DNA of 64,000 bases. Origin: Octopus sinensis. Lineage: Eukaryota. A program made the position numbers and the translations under genes. Below are positions 50,224-61,658 of the stretch, one piece after another. The first letter of the stretch is position 1. Each line of letters begins with the position of its first letter. Where the stretch lies: assembly GCF_006345805.1 (NCBI RefSeq), contig NC_043021.1, positions 2,418,001 through 2,482,000 of the forward strand. The letters run 5' to 3'. A model generated the notes under the pieces. The model was not told the DNA's origin. It searched no databases and saw only the letters and a list, made by a program, of their open reading frames with translations.

Positions 50224-51919
50224 CTACAAATAAGGAGAAAGATAAAATATTTCTTTTTAAAAAAATGTAAAAACAAAACTGAAGGAGCAGATCAATGATC
50301 AAAGACGTTCTATCCATGGCCATCCCAGTTGTTAACGGATATACAGGAACATATTACATTGGTCTGAGACTATGCTTCTGGAAGATATTTTAGTTTATCT
50401 TTTATCTGTTTGTCATTAATTGAGGCCATGCTGGAGCACTTGAAGAATTTTTGTTAATCAAATGAATTGACCCCAGCGCTTTTCCTCTAAGCCTGCTACT
50501 TATTCTATTGGTCTCTTTTGCTGAACTGCTAAGTTACAGAGGCGTATACACACGGTCATACCTTGAAGAGAAGCAAGGTGTGATTTTAAAGAATTCGGTC
50601 AGTATTTCACCAGCTCAGCAGGACGGTGGTGTATAGTCGATGTTTATAACAGTAGACAGGACGACACCCAGCAGCGAGATCCAAGAATTAGCCAATACCG
50701 AGACGAGGAACGATGCCTTTTCGAATAAAACCTTAAAATTCGATGATAATTCAAGCAAACACACAACTATAAAGGGAAATAACTCTTTGATCTGCGAAGT
50801 CATCTCCCTTGACACAAGTATTATTCTGCACCCCAGGGGTGAATAGAAATATGTATATTCTTTTATTTCCAGGTCCCTGTACTACGGTCATGCTGGGATA
50901 AAGGATAAAGACACCCTTCGGTCATAAATGACCATGGGATTGCACCTAGAAAGTTCCCCTCCAAGTCCTAGCATGGTTGTTTATAGAAGACCTTCAGTCG
51001 CCCATGGATACCGGCCTCCCCTCTCCGTGCCACCGATGTTATCCAAGGGGAAGGCAAAGGGGCCGATACAGCTTGGCACCTGAGACGTCGCAACCCATTT
51101 CTACAGCTGAGTAAACTGGAGCAACGTGAAAATAAAGTGTCTTACATTTTACTTGTTTCAGTCATTTGACTGCGGCCATGCTGGAGCACCGCCTTTAGTC
51201 GAGCAAATCGACACCAGGACTTATTCTTTGTAAGCCCAGTACTTATTCTATCGGTCTCTTCTGCCGAACCGCTAAGTGACGGGGACGTAAACACACCAGC
51301 ATCGGTTGTCAAGCAATGCTAGGGGGACAAACACATATATATATATATATATATACATATATACAACAGGCTTCTTTCAGTTTCCGTCTACCAAATCCAC
51401 TCACAAGTCATTGGTCGGCCCGGGGCTATAGCAGAAGACACTTGCCCAAGATGTCACGCAGTGGGACTGAACCCGGAACCATGTGGTTGGTTAGCAAGCT
51501 ACTTACCACACAGCCACTCCTGCGCCTATATGTCTTGCTCAAGAACACAACACAGCTTGGTCTGGGAATCGAACTCACTTCCTCATGATTGCGAGCCTGA
51601 CGCTCTAACCACTGAGCCATGCACCTTCACTGCTGCCCGGGTGACACCTTAAAAAGATCAACTCGACTGCTCTACCAATTTATTTTGTCTCCATGGAACT
51701 TCTGATATTTTTCTGCACATCAGTGTCATTACGTCACACGACCAGAACACGTCACATGACCATACACGTCACATGACCATACATGTCACATGACCAGAAC
51801 AACGCCCCCCCCCCAATTCCTTTTACATCCAGCTTTACTCTGTGCCTCATTGTTCCTGCACACTGATATTAAATGAAATTTTAATTAAAACTTACCATTA
51901 TTTGATGAAGTTGCTTTAC

Positions 51920-52171
51920 CGTTTTCAGACTGCTCAGCGCCAGCAGCCAAAATCTCTTCCATCTCACCCTCGGATGGAAATTCCAGCAGACGCTTCGATT
52001 GCCCATTCCTTAGCTGCTCGTTAATTATCTTATCTGGAGAGAAAGGATCAATTTCGGTAAACTCAGAACTCAAATTCAAAGCTTTGTCTGGGCGAATTTC
52101 TTTATTCTTCTGTGTCCCACCAGAATTGAAGTTTAAAGAACGCCTGGAAGCAGGAGCCGTTATTTCTGGAA
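51920..52171 (-). CDS. CHTF18: CTF18 coding exon 2
   Basis: TTTCAG acceptor, GTAAAG donor, 252 nt open, phase 1-1 (VPEITAPASRRSLNF...EQSEN); poorly conserved region. Confidence 0.75.
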
Positions 52172-52576
52172 CTGAAAGACATAACAAAACATGAGGAACC
52201 AAAGAATAATTCTGTGAAATATTTCAACAATCAGATAAAATCATTTTTCCATGTTTCAACAATCAGACAAGGTTTCCTTCATGCAGGAACAAAGCTAAAT
52301 TTTGTAGAAGAGGCTTGCTGTGAATGGAAACATAGAAATCTGGTAAGGATTGGTCCTTACGTTGCTATATTTCTGCTGATATAGACTACTTTGCCTTTCA
52401 TCCTTTCGGGGTCGATAAATAAAGTACCAGTTTCGCACTGGGGGCGATATAATCGACTCAATCCCTTCGTCTGTCCTTGTTTGTCCCCTCTATGTTTAGC
52501 CCCTTCTGGGCAGTAAAGAAATATAGATATAGACTACTTTTATTTCAATTAATTTACAAAATAATTTTTTTTTTTT

Positions 52577-52970
52577 TTTTACTTGTTTCAGTCATTTGAC
52601 TGCGGCCATGCTGGAGCACCACCTTTAGTCGAGCAAATCGACCTTGGGACTTATTCTTTGTAAGCCCAGTACTTATTCTATCGGTCTCTTTTGCCGAACC
52701 GCTAAGTGACGGGGACGTAAACACACCAGCATCGGTTGTCAAGCAATGCTAGGGGGACAAACACAGATACACAAACACACGCACATATATATATATATAC
52801 ATATATACGACGGGCTTCTTTCAGTTTCCGTCTACCAAATCCACTCACAAGGCTTTGGTCGGCCCGAGGCTATAGTAGAAGACACTTGCCCAAGGTGCCA
52901 TGCAGTGGGACTGAACCCGGAACCATGTGGTTGGTTAGCAAGCTACTTACCACACAGCCACTCCTGCGCC
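52577..52970 (-). mobile_element. SINE family 3 copy
   Basis: Full-length reverse match to the 36870 copy. Confidence 0.85.
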
Positions 52971-53739
52971 TCTGAAGAATTTATTAAAACAACTTTGTTG
53001 TTATTATTAAGCTGGCATTTGGAACACAACACAAAATCTTTGTTGGAAGATTTGTATTTAGATCACTTTAACCATTTTGTTACCATGCTTGGCACGTGAC
53101 CTGCTGTGCTTGAGGAGACCTATTGAGTCAAGTACATCAACATCAAAATAAATATCAAATGGAGATTGTAGTTGTGATACCTGTGCCAGTGGCACGTAAA
53201 AAGCACCAACTGATCGTGGCCACTGCCAGCCTCCCCTGGCACCTGTGCCGGTGGTACGTAAAAATCACCCACTACACTCACGGAATGGTTGGCATTAGGA
53301 AGGGCATCCAGCCGTAGAAACACTGCCAGATCAGACTGGAGCCTGGTGCAGCCTCCTGGCTTCCCAAACCCCAGTCAAACCGTCCAACCCATGCTAGCAT
53401 GGAAAACAGACGTTATACGATGACAATGATGATGATGATGATTTTCATTGAAATATACTGCTTATATTTTAAAGAATTTTGAAAATAGTAAAGAATTTGT
53501 CATTCTTACGCTTTTAGTGTCCAAATTGTACAGCTAAAAGTGAAGTTTATTTATTCCCATTGTTTTGAATTTGTCATGCATTGGCTCATAGCTTTGGGAT
53601 TTTGATGATGTTATTGTCTATATTCAGAATGACATTGTAGGGTAGGTGTGAGAGGCTAGACCTGGTCAGTTTGAACATAAAACAGGCGGCATATTTGGAC
53701 CAGATATGGTCAATTTAGATGCTAAAAGATTAAGATGGT

Positions 53740-54345
53740 GTTTGGAACCATCTGAGGTGACCTTTGTCTTGCAAGATGCTTGGTGACCGTTGGGTTAATT
53801 TAGCAAAGATCAAAGATCCTAGTAAGTAGGAAAACAGATAAGTTACAAATCCCTTCAGGTAGATGGTCCTGCTCGATACGTAGAAAAGGTTTAGGTAGAA
53901 ATTCCATAAGATGTACCGAGCGCAAACTATGGACATGTAAGAGATGCTGCAGTGTATATTGAGTTCTTCATAACCAGCTGATCTAGCTAGCGAGGCCTCA
54001 TATCAGTGAGGGGGGCCGGTGCGCATTGATGCCGTCGAGAGGTAGGCCCCAAAACGGCGCGCATTCTCTCCTGATGACCCCATACACTTGCTAGCTTCCG
54101 GTATAGGGAGCTTTTAACTGGTAGCACTTGCATGTGCAAGTTGTTTGCAAGACATCTAGGAGGGTTAATAGAGGAAGGAGTCTTTGGGTGGCAGATGTGT
54201 CGGTATAACAGACACTAAAAATGCACAAATAGACTTCTTCAAATGTCAGGGGGAATCCTTAGAAATAGTAAATAGATTCCGTTACCTAGACAACCAAGTT
54301 AGCAGTAGAGGAGGAAGTTCTGAAAGTGTAATTTCTAGAATAAGA
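53740..54345 (+). pseudogene. Decayed RTE RT fragment (same PHD-bearing family)
   Basis: PSGRWSCSIRRKGLGRNSIRCTERKLWTCKRC and EIVNRFRYLDNQVSSRGG match the 37890-39719 element, with stops and an insertion. Confidence 0.7.
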
Positions 54346-55195
54346 TTACAGTTGCCCTAATTGGCTTATAAACTATTATTTACTGTACACGCATAATGTC
54401 CTCTAATAGCTACAAAAATTCTAGGGTCTGCAGTTGCGACCCCGAGGAAAAGGCTGAAAATACACAAGGATTTCCAACATTGTGACGACTTCAATCACAA
54501 CCAGAAGAATTTTCACCGTTTTTAAGTAACTTCTACAAATTTTTGCGTTGGGCAAAGCATTTCTGCTGTTTATTTCCTTCCCCTTATCATGAAATGATAA
54601 TTAACTCGGGTTAATTAATCTTAGAAGTCCATTATGCAAAATAGCGATTTATTTTTGTAAGTTATGTGAATGTCGTTTTCGTGTGGCCCCTTCCGTTTTG
54701 TATCAATGAAGGGGTTCGTTGTTTACGTCCAGATTCGACAACGTGACATAAAACGGTTGAAGCTCAACCGAGAAAAGTGGATTTTTTATATGAGGAAAGA
54801 CAAAAAGTTGCTGCAGAATGGTCGGAAAGACATCGAATCATTGACGTTTTAGGCGAAAGTAAAGAAATCGCACACCCGGTGGTTGGGGCTTAGGTTTAGG
54901 GTTTTTGTTACAGCGGAAACGGGTGGTGTACGAATTCGTTACCTCCGTAGATATTTTATTTCCCAACAGGGAAGAAAAGGATTATAATTAATAATATTAA
55001 TGTTTCGGATATGTGTGTACATGTTCAGCAATTTTTAGGAGAGAATTAATCGATTATAACGATCCCAGTATTTGAGTAATGCTTTATTCGAAACGACCCC
55101 AGAACGTTAAAGAAATTGAAGAAACACCGAAATAGAATTTTCCGGCGCTCTAACGATTCCATATCGGTTTGTGGTAATTTTTAAAATTATTTTTG

Positions 55196-55628
55196 GGGCA
55201 ATCTTTCGTCTCTAGTAGACCTTTCCGTCGATTTCCGTAAAAAACTTCTTTTTTTTTTTACATATGGGCTTGCGGGAACTTTTGAAGTAATGAGAGCGAA
55301 AGAGACTAAGAGAAAGCGATTGTATGACGAGGAAGTTCTTTTGAAGTTACCGTGCAGGGGAAGCATTGATGTACGTGTGTGTGTGTGTGTGTTTGATGGG
55401 GTGTGGGAGACAGACAGTATGTTGTGTAAGTGAAGTGCTTCTGTTAGTGTGTGCGAAGAGACAGAGAAAGTAATGTGCGAAAGAAAGTGATAACTGAAAT
55501 TTTTTACTCGGTGTATGTGTATATGTATGTATATTACTTCAAAAGTTCCCGCAAGCCCATATGTAAAAAAAAAATAAATTTTTTTACGGAAATCGACGGA
55601 AAGGTCTACTAGAGACGAAAGATCGCCC
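55196..55628. mobile_element. Short element with ~90-bp terminal inverted repeats (MITE-like) in CTF18 intron 1
   Basis: GGGCAATCTTTCGTCTCTAGTAGACC...GAAGTAAT at the left versus its reverse complement at 55533-55628; no TSD identified. Confidence 0.75.
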
Positions 55629-55894
55629 GATTTCCTTTGCGTTAATAATAAGACATTCATGGATTTCAACAACACGAAACGGTGGTAAAAGTATGTTTCG
55701 CAACATAAATCTCTCATCGAAAAATCTGGGAACAAGTGTCTGTTTCTTTCTTTCTTTCAGTTTCTACAACTCACGCTCGGAATTGGTCAAAATTCCGTCA
55801 GAGATTAATCGAAACGGTAACAAATATCCTGAATACGACAAATCTGTAATATATCCTATTGTAATTATATCATCTTATTTATATACAAACTTAC

Positions 55895-55952
55895 CTTCTA
55901 AATCGTCCATCGCTTCCATTTCGTCGGCGTACATTAATTCAAACTCATCCAT
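55895..55952 (-). CDS. CHTF18: CTF18 coding exon 1 (MDEFELMYADEMEAMDDLE)
   Basis: ATG in AAAAATGG context; acidic N-terminus resembling the CTF18 F/Y-A-x-E-L/M-E motif; GTAAGT donor; phase 1 matches the next exon. Confidence 0.85.
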
Positions 55953-56282
55953 TTTTGTAGCTGTTTATCCACTCTTATTTTCCTAAAATCCAAGTTTATA
56001 TATAAAGGGTAGGTATACGAGTGTGTGTGTGTATGTATGTGTGTATTTAGGGATGTGTGAACAGGTATGGAACCTACAAATGCATCGTGTTTGTATTTTG
56101 GTTGTTAAATCCCACTTCTTTCGCAAGCCAAGTATTTCTGTATATTGATATATGTTATATAGCTATCTCCATGAGTATATAGCTATTGCAATATCTACAA
56201 ACGCATGCCTACAACCATCGCACTGACTCAATCAGTTGTGTTTACAGCTGATTTCGAGAAATTCATTTTCTCGAGAAATTCA

Positions 56283-56295
56283 TTTTCCCGCGAAA
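56283..56295. promoter_or_regulatory. E2F-like site (TTTTCCCGCGAAA) upstream of CTF18
   Basis: Matches TTTSSCGC in a CpG-containing unique patch about 330 bp upstream of the CTF18 ATG; preceded by two TTCGAGAAA/TCTCGAGAAA repeats. Confidence 0.5.
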
Positions 56296-56329
56296 TATGA
56301 CGACACACCAGATTTATCTCCCTTACCAA

Positions 56330-56362
<33 letters not shown>

Positions 56363-57329
56363 ATCTATCTATCTTTCTTTCTTTCTCTCTCTATCTATCT
56401 ATCTACCTCTCACTCAAGTTTTGTCTAGCGAATGTTTTAAAAAATGATGGGTGAATGTAGCAATGATGGCACGTATGAATGACGAAGCCACCTTGAGCAT
56501 AATCCTATGAACCCAGAAATTGAAAACAGAGGGTTACCCACTTGCAAACAAATGTGGTAACATATAACAATATTGACCAAGGTTACCGTGGTCTTTTTCG
56601 TAGGCTTTTCTTCCCACGGATAAACCTTACTTGCTTTCCCCTTTACATCATATATCATAACACTGTGATACACGATCCCTATTGATCGTTTTTTTTCCTC
56701 TTCCCCTTTTTTCTTCTTTTTTCATTTCTCTTTTCTTTTGTTCCTTTGCCTTTTCTTCTTTTTTTTGGTTCTTCTTTTTCCCTTTTACGATCCCTTTTGA
56801 TCGAAAACCTACGCCACCTTTCTTTTCTTTTGTTTTTTGTTTTTTTCATCCCCAAAAGAATAGCTCTACCTTGTAACTTGTCCCATCTGTGTGCAGCCCT
56901 GTGTGGCCAATAAAGAAACTTATCTCTCACTCACTCACGCACCTTTGTTCTTCTCCAGCAAACTTTATATCCTGTTGTGTGTCTGGGGGAGAGTCATTCT
57001 CTTTTAGTGCCTTGACACAACAAAATATGCTTCAACACACACGAACTCACATAAAGAATCTTGCGAACCAAATCCAAAAACGAAACTTTATATCAACGTC
57101 ACAGAATCTTTGTCTTTCCTTGTTAGAAATTTATTCTTAAAATAATTAGCAACATTCTAAAAAGACTCTTGGAGAAAGAAAAAGATAAGAAATTGAGGAA
57201 GGGTTTATTGTTTGGTCTTCTTCTTCTTCTTCTCCACCACCACCAATTTGTATCCTTCCTTTCCTATTTCATCCACCCATCTTTTCCACCTGAAAGGCTT
57301 GTGTGAGTAGAGTCCTTGGGTACCTCCTC

Positions 57330-57600
57330 CATAGGGTGCTATCAGAAGCAACTGTCATTTTCCTGGCTGGATTCCCAAACACGACCAACCATCTCATTCT
57401 TGGACTACCCCTAGGTCTGCTGTGAGGTTTGGCTCAGCTTGAAGAATCTGTCTAGCAATTCTGTGCTGCAACATTCTTATCTTAATGGAGTGGTGGCCTC
57501 TCAATGTGGCGAAGTAGTGGCTCAACTTGGAAATATTCTCTGCTCTCCAGGCTATGCACCTTGTCAAGTTTAAGGCTCTCTATCAGTTATGATCGACAGA
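57330..57600 (-). pseudogene. Decayed RTE-like C-terminal fragment
   Basis: VEPLLRHIER and RPRGSPRMRW-like remnants. Confidence 0.45.
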
Positions 57601-60039
57601 AACAGCCTGCTTATGAAATTAGCATGCAAGTGGCTGAGCACTCTACAGACACACACACACCGCAGGAGTGGCTATGTGGTAAGTAGCTTGTTTACCAACC
57701 ACATGGTTCTGGGTTCAGTCCCACAGAGTGGCACCTTGGGCAAGTGTCTTCTACTATAGCCTTGGGCCGACCAAAGCCTTGTGAGTGGATTTGGTAGACG
57801 GAAACTGAAAGAAGCCCGTTGTATATATCTGTGTGTGTATGTTTGTGTGTCTGTGTTTGTCCCCCTAGCATTGCTTGACAACCGATGCTGGTGTGTTTAT
57901 GTCCCCGTCACTTAGCGGTTCGGCAAAAGAGACTGATAGAATAAGTACTGGGCTTACAAAAGAATCGAGTTGCTCGACTAAAAGGCGGTGCTCCAGCATA
58001 GCCGCAGTCAAATGACTGCAACAAGTAAAAGAGTAAAGAGCTGGTTCCCTTTTGAATTACAGGTAGAACTAATTTTTTCCAGGTGAGTGGACTTATTGGA
58101 AGCCAAACAGTCGAGCCAGTAATCCACACACCTTCCCCGTCCCCTAGCATTACTCGAGAGATCTTTCAGACGACCTCTCTTGTACTCACAATCGTACTCT
58201 TTCTGCCAATAACATTCTTGACCATTGTAATCCCTAAACATTTTTCTTCACTCTCCAAACCACAGTTTAGTCAATTCCTCGTTATATTCTACACACGTCA
58301 GGTCTTTCTATACAGGTACCATTTTCTTAGTAATTCAGTTTTTTCCCATGAGTTCTTTGTTGTAGGGACTCCAGAAGAATCGAAGGATCTCAATAGGATC
58401 TTGATTTTGTAAAACCCATGGAAATGTTTTCATGTTTATGTGTCTAAAAATTCATCCTTTTATGCACAATATCCTACAGATACATCAATTGTCTAAAACT
58501 TTTGGTTCCATAGCCTTTCCACATAACTGATTTTTCCAAACATGGGGTGGAGGTCACCTTGATCAACACATTCTAAATTAAACAAATATTAAATTTAATT
58601 AAATAATTAAATGAAATCCAGGTAACTGTATATTAGTATAAATGATACAAGTTTATTAACACTGTACTATACAAGGTACCAACAAACTAGTCTGGTGGTT
58701 GCAAGAATTTGAAGTTCCTCATTGTAAATGAGCAAAGATTATAAGAAGTTCTGAACCATAACTGTCTGCAACGTTGGCATTATCCTTAGATTTGCTTTCT
58801 TTATCTTTTGCCATATTTGTTCAATTATTTTTGAATTTTTTTCTCTCCCCTAATAAATATTTTCTTTTATTTGTTTTCTGAATAACAGTTTGGTACAGTT
58901 CTTAGCTCTTTTCCTCATTTATCACTTTTCCTATAAAAAGTCGTTTATATTTGCCGCCTCAGTGTAAAGCTAAAACCCATGTATCAATCTAGCCCCCACC
59001 CCACCCCCAGATATCTTGTAGTTTTGCAGGGCCTTTAGGAGATCCTGTAGAAAACATTCATAGAAAGTTATACATCTGCAATAACCTCTCTGGATAAGTC
59101 ATTTATCAGCATCGCCATCCCTTTTCCATGAAGGCATCAGTTGAACAGGACAACAAGAGCTGACAGATAAGAGAAAGGCGACGAGCTGGCAGAAACGTTA
59201 GCACGCTGGGCAAAATGTGTAGCCGTATTTCGTCTGCTACGTTCTGAGTTCAAATTCCACCGAGGTCGACTTTGCGTTCCATCCTTTCGGGGTCGATATA
59301 ATCAACTTAATACCTATGCCTGTCCTCGTTTGTCTTCTCTGTGTTTAGCCCCTTGTGGGTAGTAAAGAAATAGATAAAAGAACCACTTCTTGTTTCAGTG
59401 TCTTTGACATTGTTTCCATGGCTGGATGGCCTTCCTGTTGCATTGTTCACATCAAGAAACTAAGGAATCTGCTTCAAACTCTGCTATGTTCAATTTATCA
59501 CACAGTCCCATTTCACTTATATACACCCCCTATAACTTCACCACCTTCTCTCGCTGCCCCCTTTCCAGCTGGGGTAGCCATGTCCATTTAACCCCCTTAC
59601 TGCAACATGCCCGCACCTGTCCTTCTATCAGACTTTAACTTCTCATCACCTGAATTCGTTGCTGAGTGTATATATGTGCTGACGGATGACTTGTATGTAT
59701 GTGGTAGCTATACACTGCACCTTATCAAGTAATTGGCCGAGCTTCACTCTTAATAAAGGGACCATGGAGAAATAGTCATCTGTGACAGCATCTGGAAATC
59801 CCTTTCTATTTTCCAGGTGTATCGTTGCCAGCTTTGGCCTATGTTCCCACCGAAATAGGCTGTGGTCTCCCGGTAAACGAGAAATTTAATCTTGGCAGAG
59901 TTGTTTCCCTTACATCTTATCGTCGCTACCTTCCTGAAGTAGCTCTCACACTTCGCACCATCGGATGGAAACGACTCCCAAATTACGATCTACCCCCAAC
60001 CAACAGCAACCAAAAATATAAACATGCCTTAAGGGCCTC

Positions 60040-60460
60040 CTTTTTACTTAGATGGACGGGTCACCCATAAAATTATTAACCATCTTACAAACAATAACTC
60101 TGAGCACCTTTTCAAACTCCACCCATCTAACACCCGTGGACATGTTTACAAAGTCAGAAAACAGCACAGCTCCCATGACTTTCGGAAACATTTTTTCACG
60201 CTAAGAGTTGCCGAAGCATGGAACAGACTGCCGGCGTGAGTTGTTAGTTGTCGGAGCACTGCATCCTTCAAAGCTTCCATGCTTCCTGAGATTCGCCAAC
60301 ACTACACCTGATTTTCTCCCCTCCATACACACATAAGCATGTATCTGACTCGTACACTGTTCACTTCCCAGACATTTGTACATTACTGCAAATGCTTTAT
60401 ACACACTTTTGACAAGTTGTGGTGCACCTGAGCACTGTAGACAATAATTTCAAATTTCAA
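60040..60460 (+). mobile_element. CR1-like LINE 3' fragment
   Basis: HLFKLHPSNTRGHVYKVRK...RKHFFTLRVAEAWNRLP, a typical CR1 RT C-terminus. Confidence 0.75.
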
Positions 60461-60499
60461 TTTCATTTTTCAAGAACAGTAAATCACCAGTCATCTCAA

Positions 60500-61260
60500 C
60501 ATTTGAAAACAATTTTTCACTGCCTTGTCCCATGTCTTCCTGGGTCTACCTCCACCACAGGTTCCCTCCACAGTTAAAGATCAGCACATCTTTACACAGC
60601 TGTCCTCATCCATACACATCACATGACCATACCAGCGCAATCTTCTTTCTTGCACACTACACTTTATACCTCTTATGCCCAGTTTTTCTCTTAACCCTTT
60701 CATTACCAACCCGGCTGAAACCGGCTCTGGCCCTGAGTACAAATGTCTTGTTTTCATAAGTTCTGAATTAAAATCTTCCACCAAACCTTAGTCCCAATTT
60801 ATGTTCTTAACACTAGCTGAATGATAACTAAGTTATTTTACTAAATTCTTTGATATATTTAAAGTAAGTGAAAGAAACACAGAACATCTCAAAATAAATA
60901 CAGTAATGAAAGGGTTAAGACATTTACGCTCTGTTGTGCATACATACAGACATTACCCATCCAGCAGAGCATGCTGGCCTCATTTCTTCCAAGCCTTCAC
61001 ATCTCCTCTGCATCATTCACAGCCCATGTCTCATGTAGCATGGCTGTTTGTACACAAGCATCATCATACGATCTGCCTTTCACTCTGAAGGAGAGCGCCT
61101 TCGTTACTAACAGAGGTAACAGCTCTTTGAACTCTCTCTCACTGGTTCTTACTCTAGCAACGATGCTTTCAGAAAGCCTTCCTTCACTGCTAATTAGGTC
61201 ACCAAGGTAACAGACACTCTCACCTACTGCTAATTATCCTTTCAAGCATTCAAGGAAATC
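60500..61260 (-). pseudogene. Decayed RTE RT fragment interrupted by a MITE
   Basis: VQERRLRWYGHVMCMDEDSCVK; colinear with the 38.5-39.1 kb part of the young RTE. Confidence 0.75.
60695..60914. mobile_element. piggyBac-like MITE (family A) inserted in an RTE relic
   Basis: TTAA TSD, TIR CCCTTTCATTAC/GTAATGAAAGGG; the RTE sequence rejoins across the insertion. Confidence 0.85.
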
Positions 61261-61658
61261 CATTCCTTGTGTATTCCTAGTGTTTGTTATTCCTGGACAA
61301 TCCGTTCGACTCCTTGGCTGACCAGGCCACGTTCCATTCCACCACATCTATATCATTGTCGTCATCATTTAACATCCACTTTCCATGCTGCCATAATACT
61401 TGTTGGTATGTGTGTGTGTGTGTGTATTTCTTTATTCTTTTACTTGTTTCAGTCATTTGTCTGCAGCCATGCTGGAGCACCGCCTGTTAGTCGAAGAAAT
61501 TGACCCCAGGACTTAATTCTTTGTAAGCCTGGTATTTATCTATTCTATCAGTCTCTTTTGCCAAACCTTTAAGTTACGGGGATGTAAACACACCAACATC
61601 GGTTATCGAGCAATGGGCAGAGGACAAACATCGACACATAGACACACATTCATAGATA

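Larger units (their letters stand above)
12762..55952 (-). other. CHTF18: CHTF18/CTF18 gene span (24 coding exons, about 933 aa AAA+ clamp-loader subunit)
   Basis: 24 exons with GT-AG boundaries join in frame (2802 nt including stop). Recognisable motifs: LWVDKYAP, WLKLWD, GAPGLGKTTLAH, EMNASDDRS, CLIIDEIDG, RPIICICND, DNDIRSCLNTLQ, DFFGR and the C-terminal WFRFKEGFSNAIRR. Confidence 0.96.

Noticed and set aside
50615-50846. Non-repetitive overlapping ORFs in CTF18 intron 2
   Set aside because: No convincing acceptor/donor pair on the minus strand; exons 2 and 3 already join in phase; no recognisable motif.
54888-54903. TTAGGTTTAGGG telomere-like motif
   Set aside because: Only about two imperfect units; too short to call an interstitial telomere.
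56950-57060. Degenerate C2H2-like peptide (SCCVSGGESFSF...QHTRTH) and a possible divergent + strand gene
   Set aside because: Cys/His spacing is wrong, there is a single unit, and no consistent exon chain was found.
58690-58900. Minus-strand IEQIWQKIK-like stretch suggesting a DDE transposase relic or an alternative CTF18 first exon
   Set aside because: Multiple stops and too little similarity; a better CTF18 start exon exists at 55895-55952.
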